Of a stretch of DNA of 64,000 bases, positions 54,999 to 64,000 are shown piece after piece (the first letter of the stretch is position 1; every line of letters starts with the position of its first letter). A program made the translations under genes and the position numbers. Origin of the DNA: the human T2T-CHM13v2.0 reference genome, Homo sapiens; assembly GCF_009914755.1 (NCBI RefSeq), contig NC_060927.1, one strand, 5' to 3'. The notes beneath the pieces were generated by a model. The model saw nothing but the letters and a program-made list of their open reading frames with translations, ran no database searches and had not been told where the DNA came from.

Positions 54999-55021
54999 AC
55001 ACACACACACACACACACACA
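54999..55021. repeat. (CA)n microsatellite
   Basis: Read directly. Confidence 0.9.
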
Positions 55022-58000
55022 GCTGGCCTAACAAAACTTGCCTGTAGACAAGATGTGTCCTGAGACCAGGAGTTTGAGGCCTCTGAATACATACTCTTAT
55101 GGAGGAGGAACAATAGTACAATAGATAACATTAATAACAACAAGAAACTATTAAGAGATTCCTCTTCAAAGAAAAATACGCTCTGCTGTGCTCACTTTCC
55201 ACCTAGCCATTTCCACGTGCATCCTCACAAGTACCCAAAAGCCAAAAGCCTATCATGGTGCCCAGGCCATAGCAGACACTCAAAACAATATGTGTTGAAT
55301 TAATGAACATCAGATTTAGGGAAGTAGTCGCCACGCTTGGCTCCATATCAGACCATGTGGGGGAACTATGTAAAAACAGAGATCCCCTGGTCCACTGAAT
55401 CATAATTTCCAGGCACCAGGCCCAGAATTTGTATTTTTAAAAAACTTTCCAAAGTAATTCTGCTGCAGGGTTGTCAATGCATTTGGGAACCACTAGCTAG
55501 GACACAAGGAGCTTCCAAATTCCAGTCCTAACTGTCAATAACAAGACTCAATGGCATCTTTGCCTCGGTTGTTGTTTAACCATTTTTAACTTGGTTTTAT
55601 TTTCCCTGAAATCTCCCCCTTTTGCCACCTCTGTGACTCCTTGCAGTAGGGAAGGCAGAGGAAGGATGGAACAAAACTTCATGTTGTTCCCCAAATGAGC
55701 TGTTTTCAGAAAGCACAAGTAGTTTCCAAAAAATCACTGAGACTATTCAACAAAAGCCTCAGCAAGAAGTACATTAACAGAGAAGGGAGGATTTCCTTCA
55801 AAACCAATATTTCCCAGAGATGGAGGGATGGAGGTCTACAGGGGAATGGCAAAATTGAAGAGAAGAATGGTAACCCAGAGCTTGCAAGGAGATGGATCTA
55901 CAAGAGATTCCAAGACCCAGAAACAGAGAAGGGCAGCCCGAGGGGAAGGGACGGTGGACAGAGACAACCTAGATAGATGGATGAATGAATGACCCATGGC
56001 CCATCCTTCTAAGTCTTGCTCATCACACATTTCTTAATTCATAAGCTCTGCAATGACTCAGAAATGTGACAGGATACCTGGGGAAGCAGGATGAGAGTTT
56101 GCCCACCAACAAAAAAAAAGCTGAGTTATAGAAATACAGGAGGCACAATTTCTTGTGTCATCTGAGCTGATGAGTTGCATTTGAGATCCCTAACACCCAA
56201 CTACAGTGAGGCTTTTTATATAAACTTGGGGTGGGTGTTGATACTTAGTTGAAAGGATTTTGTGCAGATTAATTAGTAACTGTTTGTGAAACACTTTGTT
56301 GGGTGCAATAAGAATGTTCTTTATTTTGGTTACATAATCCACTAATTTTACAGTTTTAAAGCAGAGTGATCAAGGTTTTATCACAAGCTAAGAAAGCCGA
56401 GAACACTGAACTTCAGTTAAAATTCTCTCCCTGTGTATGCCTCCTGAGCCCAATTATTTGCAGGGTCAGAGATCTATTATTTTACTTAGCAAAACGGGTG
56501 CTTTGAGACATATTTTCAAGGAACAACAAAAAGGATGGATTCCAACGTATCCTACTAAAAGTCTTTCTGTTTAATGTTCATTTTGGAGATGCTCTATTTT
56601 ATTGGAGCATGTGTATTTGAATAAATAAAGGTTGTTATCATTTGAGCATTTTGAAAACATACATATTTTATGCTATCAAGGATATAAAGGATGTATGGAC
56701 ATCCAGACCTTTGGTAGGTGGTGCTTTTCTGTGAAGTAAGCTTCCCTAAGGCAGTAGTGGAGGACAGAAATCAAAAACAAAGCTGCTGTTTTTATAGAGA
56801 CTCGTAACTGAAAGCCAAGAAATTGCTGAAGATCTGTAGCCACAACCCAACCCTTGCATTCACTAGATTCCAGGTTGATATTTAGCCCAGGTGTACACAG
56901 CTCAGCTGTGCCAATTATGCACAGCTGTTGCCCATTTTAACTGGGCAGTACCATGGTCTTTCAAAAACATATTAAATGTCACCCTTCTCACATTAAAAAA
57001 AAATACTTCAGTTGATTTTTCACCTTAAAAAGGACCATCTAAATGGTCTTTTTCTAATATTTTAAAAAGAAAGCCTCCCATTAATTTCGATATATGCTAA
57101 GATATTTTCTTTCCACCCTATGGTCTCCCACAGACCTGGATCTGATCATCAATAAACACATATCTAGCACAGGATAGATGAAGACACTGAGATCCAACAA
57201 TTTAATGTGCCATTTTAAGCAGGACTGTCACTTAGGGACATCAGGGTTCAATTTATTATAAGTATTTAGTACTGAATATTGGTGCTAAGAAATGTTTCTT
57301 TTTTAAGTATTAAAAGTCAAATGCTGATGGTAATTCATGTCATTTACTGACTATCTTGTGCCCATTGATGAGGGTGTTTAATCTTTCCACCAGCCATACG
57401 AGGGAAGTACTATGACTATTCCCATTTACAAAGAAGGAAACTAAGGCTTAGGGCAATAAAGTGATTTGCCCACCATCACCAAGCTTCTAGAGTCTACTCC
57501 AGTGGAATCTTAGAATTTGAGCTGCTATGTTTCCACCTCCTGAAATAGCCACGTGACTCCTTCACCAGTTGAAAACACCAGTTTCTTCTGGGATGAAAAA
57601 AAAAATTAATACGTCATCATCCAGGCAGTCCCTACATAGATATCTGTAGATGGGATTCCGGTGCTGCTTTTCTGTTAAGTGCTGGTTATCCTTCTTTCCT
57701 ATTTTCACATTTGAGCTTACTGACACATACTTTGCTCCATTAAGGCTCTAAGAAGTGGATAGAGTGGGTGGGTAAAGAACTAGGATTAGAAATGAGGAGG
57801 AAAAAAGAATGTGCAGTTACAATGAAAAGACCCTTAATACAGTCCAAACGTACAGGCTTTATTTCCCATTTCCACATTGTATTTGTTCGGAAAGGAGGTT
57901 CCATTTGCTATGAAGAGGTGACAGAAGGACCCAGCAGAGAGCCTTCCAGAACTGCACACATAAAATCCAGACCTGTATGACCCGCCATGAAGCACATTCT

Positions 58001-59079
58001 ATTATGGAAGCTTGCCTTCTACAAGGTTACCACTCCAGGGGACAATGTTTCTAAGAACTGGGAAAGTGCACAGTTAGCAAAACACGTCCCTTCTTGAGGG
58101 CTGGCAGCCATCCATGTTTGAAGAAGTATATAGCTGAAATAGAAAGCTGGCTGCTCTGTGAGCTTCCTAATTCTCTGATTTCTATTTGTGTGTATACATA
58201 TACCCAAGATTTTCTTCATGGATTCCCTCTCATTTCTCTTCAATAAAAGTAGTGGGGGCATGTGGAGAAGTGTGAATAGGTGTAAGGAACAGTTTTAGAT
58301 TCTAAAGTTTAGGGGATTTCCTTTGCATAGTGCTTAACAGTTAATATTTCTTTCCACACCACAAGTTGATATGAACATTGATTTGGTTATAAACAATGAA
58401 TTGGTCTGATTTGGGCACTTAGAATATGTCTTCTTTGTTTTTTCTTTATGTATATCCTGTTCCTCCAAGCAGATGGTAAGCACCTTAGTTAACAACAGTC
58501 AGTGAAGTTTGTTGAATATTTACTTACTATACGTCAGCATCTACACAAAGTGCTTTATATGTATTAATCTTCACACTAACAGGGTAAGTACTACTGGTAT
58601 ACCAATTGTCAGATGAGGAATTTGAATTTGAGTAATCAAGCAATTTGCACATGGCTAAGTGACATATTGGTAGAAGGTCCCCAAAGCTCTACCTCTCTAC
58701 TTCTCTACACTGCCTCCTACCTGCCAAAAACTTTCTTCTGCTTCTCTTTTTCCAAACTACATACCTCATCCCTAATTCAACAAGTATGCAAAAAATAAAT
58801 TAGAAAGCCAAGTGTTCCTATTTAATCAATACTAATAAGTAATCATTCATTCTAGTTTATATGTGCATATATACACAGGCAGTATATTTAATTTCTATGT
58901 TTGCAATCATAAGAGTGCTATGTAGCCTATTTCTTCTATCAAAATACTTTAAATTTATTGCTTTAATTTAGTAATACAAAACCACTGCATAAAATATAGA
59001 AAACCAAAAAGAGTAACATCAAATATTACTGAAAATCTCACACTCTAGGTAAAACTAATAGCAGGAAGTAAAAAGTTAC

Positions 59080-59800
59080 AGGGTATCAAGTGTTCATGAG
59101 TCAGTGAAACAAAAGGAACTCTCATATCCTGACTGTAGGAGTGTAAGTCCATACTAACCATGTTGGAAAACATCGTGCCATCGCCATTTTCATGCTGAAA
59201 TGGCATAGCAATTCCATTTCAAGCTGAAGGCATAGCAGTTACTCTCCTTGACACCCATATGAGAGAAACTCTTGCCCTTTTACACTACTCAACATGCACA
59301 AAAATGATCATAGCAGCATCATAGCTAATAGCAAAAACATAAACCGATGTCCTTCAATAAGTGGGCAGATAAATGAACTGTGGTAGATTCAGTCAATGGA
59401 CTACCACATAGCAGAATCAATGAAGTACAGGTTTACACATCTACCTATTCAAAACTCAAAAACATATCAAATTGAAAAAGTACACTGCAGAAGAATAGAG
59501 TATATTATTTATATAAAATACAAAAATATAAAACTTAACAATTGTAGAGTTACATGAATACATAGTAAAACTAAAGGAAAAGCAAGAAAATAATAAATGT
59601 AAAATCCAAACAGTAGTGACCCTAAAGGCAAGGAAAGAGCCTCAAATAGGGAGGAACATAAATTAGGGTTCAAAGTCACAGACAATGTCCTATTAAGCTA
59701 TGTGCTGGGGTCATGAGAGTTTATTTTATTGTTCATTATAAGTTACATACATGCATCATATATTCTTTTGTATGAAAAAATGTTTCACTATAAAAGAAAA
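59080..59800 (+). mobile_element. L1ME-type 3' end
   Basis: ggaactctcatat..gactgtaggagtgtaa...catagcagcat...gataaatgaactgtggta..ttcagtcaatggactacc. Confidence 0.7.
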
Positions 59801-59954
59801 TAGTATTTTTTTTCTGAACTCTATAAAGCTGTAGATTAGAACAAAGAGTTCAGGTAGAATACAGTGGAAAATTGTTTGTATCTCACAAATTGGTTTTCAA
59901 CTCTCACTGCTTGTTTGTAGCTTTCAGAAAAACTGTGTTTAAACATGTAGTATG

Positions 59955-60231
59955 GACTGGGTGCAGTGGCTCATACTTGTAACACCAGCACTTGGGAAGC
60001 CAAGGCAGGAGGATTGCTTGTGGCCAGGAGTTTGAGACTAGCCTGGACAACATAGCAAGACTCTGTCTCTGAAAAAAAAATTAAAAATTAGCCAGGCATG
60101 GTGGTGCCCACCTACAGTCCCAGCTATTTGGGAGGCTGAAGCAGGAGGATTACTTGAGCCCAGGGAGTAAAAGGTTGCAGTGAGCTCATTGCACCACTGC
60201 ACTCTAGTCTGGGTAATGAAAAATAAAATAA
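59955..60231 (+). mobile_element. AluJ
   Basis: Dimeric diverged Alu; TSD-like atgtag(t/c)at on both sides. Confidence 0.9.
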
Positions 60232-60857
60232 TTTTTTAAATGTAGCATACTCTAGCCTCTTCAGAGGTGAAAAGGGGCTTAATGAAACACTGAAAATTAT
60301 AAATTTCATCCTATAGAGATGAAGAGCCACCAAGGCTTGGAACAAAGATTCATTTAAAGAAGTGATTTAAGAAAATGAACCTAGAAGCAACCTGCATAAT
60401 TATAAGAAGATAAATCAGACTATTAAAATAGTGGATTTAGTACTAGGGAGATTTTTCAAAATCCATGTGTATTTCCTCTACCCAAGCAAAATCTGAAGCC
60501 TGAGAAAGCACATTTTTGAAAAAGTTCTTAACGCATACTGATCCACACAGTGATGTGAGAAACATTAAGTACACTAACATTAACTATTCAGCTAAGATGC
60601 ATTAAGTAGTACTAGATAATATGATGAATGACAAACAATTAACTTTTCAGTTTGACATGACTGGGCCATAATCACAGTCTTGACTGTAGCTAACAGTGTA
60701 AATTTGTCAATCATATATATTGTTTAAACAGTGTTCAAAAGATTTGAGAATTTTGTTCCTGCTTACGGCTTTCTACTTTTAAAATTGAAAAAGTTCTCTC
60801 ATGGCTTTATATTTTCTTTATAATGTAAAAAATTACTGATTGAAAGAATGAATTTTT

Positions 60858-61148
60858 GGCCTGTTATCCCAGCATTTCGGGAGGCTGGGGCTGGAGGATT
60901 GCTTGAGGCCAGGAGTTCCAGACCAGCACGGTCAACATACCAAGATTCCCATCTCTACAAAAATTAAAATAAAAATTAGCCAGGCATGGTGGCATGTGCC
61001 TGTAGTGTAGTCCCAGCTACTTGGGAGGCTGAGGTAGGAGAATCCCTTGAACTCATGAGTTCAAAGCTGCAGTGTGCTATGAGTGTACACCACTGCACTC
61101 CACCCTGGGCAACTGAGCAAGACCTTGTCTCAAATAACAAAAAAAAAA
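60858..61148 (+). mobile_element. AluJ lacking its first ~20 nt
   Basis: gcctgttatcccagcatttcgggaggc...gaccttgtctcaaataacaaaaaaaaaa. Confidence 0.9.
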
Positions 61149-62532
61149 TTGTGTATTAAGTTTCAAAGTATTCAACAGGCAGAAAGTACATGAAATGCAT
61201 GAAAAAGTAGGATATAAACAATCAAGATAAAATTGAATATAGGAGTATTTAAGAAGATGATGCGACCAAAAAATAAGATTTAAAACTAGCGTATCATTTA
61301 TTGCTTGGGAATGTTAATTTCTGATGGGAACAGGTCTTCTGAGAACATCTCAGGAGTGACCTGGTCAAGATAGGGTTTTGGTATTTAATGCTCCAGGCAA
61401 AGTGCTAGTTTGGATACTTATCTCTGTTTTCTAAAAGAAGGTGTTAGAATGGTGTGAGAATGTACTCTTAGATCCAAAATGGAGAAAGATGAAAATACAG
61501 ATTAATAGGAAACATTAATGAATATAAATAAGCTAATGTATTTTCCAGGTAAAATGATATAAACTAATTTAGTAGTAGATCACTGAAAATACTACATATT
61601 AGATCTTCAGTATTATTTTCCAATTTTACTTGCAGATTTCACATTTTACGTATAGATATTAATTTGTACCCCTCCTCCTAAAAAAATACTCTAAGGGTCA
61701 CAGTCATCAAGGCAGCCACAAAAATATGAGCAATATATAGTCAAACAAGTAAGTGGGCCATAAATGACTTCACAGCCCCATTTTCCCATTCTCAGAAAAT
61801 CACAGGAACACTCAAGCCAGGAAGAAAAACTGAGACAGTCGAAAAAAAGAAACTGGGGAGGGCAGTGATTTTGTGACCACCTAATCAAGTCTTCATATTC
61901 AGAGTTTTTCCAGTTTAAAAGAAGGCCAAGTTCAAAGACTGCTAAAAGAACGTATTTTAAAAACCCACTTCTCAAAAATAGTTTTTAATCATATTTGAAT
62001 GACAAGTTCAAGTTAAACTTCCAATCTGCAATGGAGGAGTTTGTAGAGTCATTGAGGCAAAATTAATCAGAAACTCCAGGAATGCAAGAGTCAGAAAGAA
62101 CACAAACTGATTTCTCTGTATTGATCACAGACCACGAGGCAGAAAATACATTGAGGCAACTGACAAGGGAGGTCAGGTTGGCACTGAAAGGGAAAAGGCA
62201 TTATTAGAATTTCTTCTCAATATATTATGCTATGAACTTAAAACCTTATGATATAACAATGTAACTGAATAGCTCAAGAATATAACATGCCTGACTCTGA
62301 GAAACTTTGAAGTTGAAAAGAGCCTTTCTGCGTTTTCAGATCATATTGTTGAACTCTTCACTGAACACACGTCAGAATGTTTGGCTTTTAATGTAGTATT
62401 TATAGCACAGTTTTATGAACACAAGAAGATTTAATGATGTACAGATATCTTCAGCTTATCCAGAGTCCCTTGGGGCACTTATTTAAAAATTCAATGACAG
62501 AACCCTCCTCCCCACTTGGACTAACTCAATGA

Positions 62533-62899
<367 letters not shown>

Positions 62900-64000
62900 G
62901 ATGAATCTCTTGCACAATAAGATGGGGAAGTAATGGAAAAATCTTGATAACAATTTTCAGGCAAAGAATAAGCCATCCCCCAAAACATTACATCATTCCA
63001 AAATACCATATGCAATATGACAAAAGTTCTAGGGATGGTTGTTGGAGTTCATGCAGGGTTAATGCTTCAAATACTCTCTAGTATTAGGTTGGGGTTTAGG
63101 CAGGTTAATGTTTCAAATACCCTTTGGTATTAGTAAAAGTAATTGTAATAATAAAACAAAAATAATAAAAAGTAATAAACTGCAATTAAGTATCTATTAC
63201 TCCAAACTAAAAGTAGGATGTCTATTATTTGTTTTTAAAATTTCTAAATAGAAAGCTACTTAAAAAGTCTCCAATCTCTGGTGGGATGCCAATTTAGGCT
63301 CTTCAAAACTGTCAAAATAATTTTCTGAAGATATTTATGCTGTGTGGCCACCTACATCCTCCTCAATCGTTAAGACTCTGTGAAAACTATCTTTTTGGAA
63401 TCCCTTCACACTCCTTGATATTTCCATAACTTTAAATCCACTTGGTGTCAGTTTTATGAGATTTAAATTCCACCACCATGTCTGAAGTGTTGTAAAACCC
63501 CATCTGTCTATTCACAGACATCACTATAATTATTTTATTTATATAATCCCAGTTCAAGTAGCTGTACTAATTTAGGCTATAAGTTCACTAAGGTAAAAGG
63601 AAAAGTAATTCGTTTAAATAGTGCTTCAGGAACAAGTTCTTGATCTTGCTTTTTTCTGATACAGGATAATCTTTAAATATGAAATTTACTTTCTTAGGGG
63701 TACCCAGATATTCAGTGATACAAAGCAAATAATGTCCATTTTTAAAATTATGTTTTTGTTGTTTGATTTATTACCAACCCCCACCCCCAAAACTGATAAG
63801 ATTTTTAAAGAACGATTTCTATCACAATGTCAATATGGATGTCTTGATCCTAAGTAGTCTACACTTTATGCATTGTCCCCAAAGGGAAATTTGAGACTAG
63901 GGTCCAATCTCTGCTCCTTGACATTCAACCACACCATCTCTTACTAAATTTTAAAAGTTTCTTCTTAATTTGGTTTCATTTCTTGAACTTTTTCCTTTCT

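Noticed and set aside
57027-57054. Hairpin followed by a T-run resembling an intrinsic terminator
   Set aside because: Eukaryotic intron; a short AT-rich stem is expected by chance.

Overview
Primate (almost certainly human) genomic DNA: AT-rich, CpG-depleted and dense in Alu, MIR, L1/L2, LTR and DNA-transposon remnants. The whole window lies inside the 5' part of CNTN3 (contactin-3/BIG-1) on the minus strand. Three exons are resolved to the base: 39058-39192 (80 nt 5'UTR + 55 nt signal-peptide CDS), 17659-17785 (127 nt) and 4462-4637 (176 nt). They splice in frame to MMFPWKQLILLSFIGCLGGELLLQGPVF...REAKLQFA (signal peptide + Ig domain 1). I call them exons 2-4 because the first has a splice acceptor and no promoter or CpG island is visible. 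All other ORF-track entries look like chance or repeat-derived ORFs. Most notable: (1) exon 3 starts with GTGAGC, so the exon 2-3 junction rebuilds a near-consensus 5' splice site (recursive-splice-exon architecture); (2) exon 2 has a second stop-free frame with its own ATG that becomes in-frame with CNTN3 only when exon 3 is skipped; (3) a 94/94 identical templated insertion lies next to an asymmetrically diverged tandem duplication at 46.4-48.1 kb; (4) TA-cored fold-back palindromes, inverted Alus and a MADE1 hairpin. Repeat subfamily names come from recalled consensus sequences, and ancient-repeat boundaries are approximate. No prokaryote-type system (CRISPR, operon) is present.
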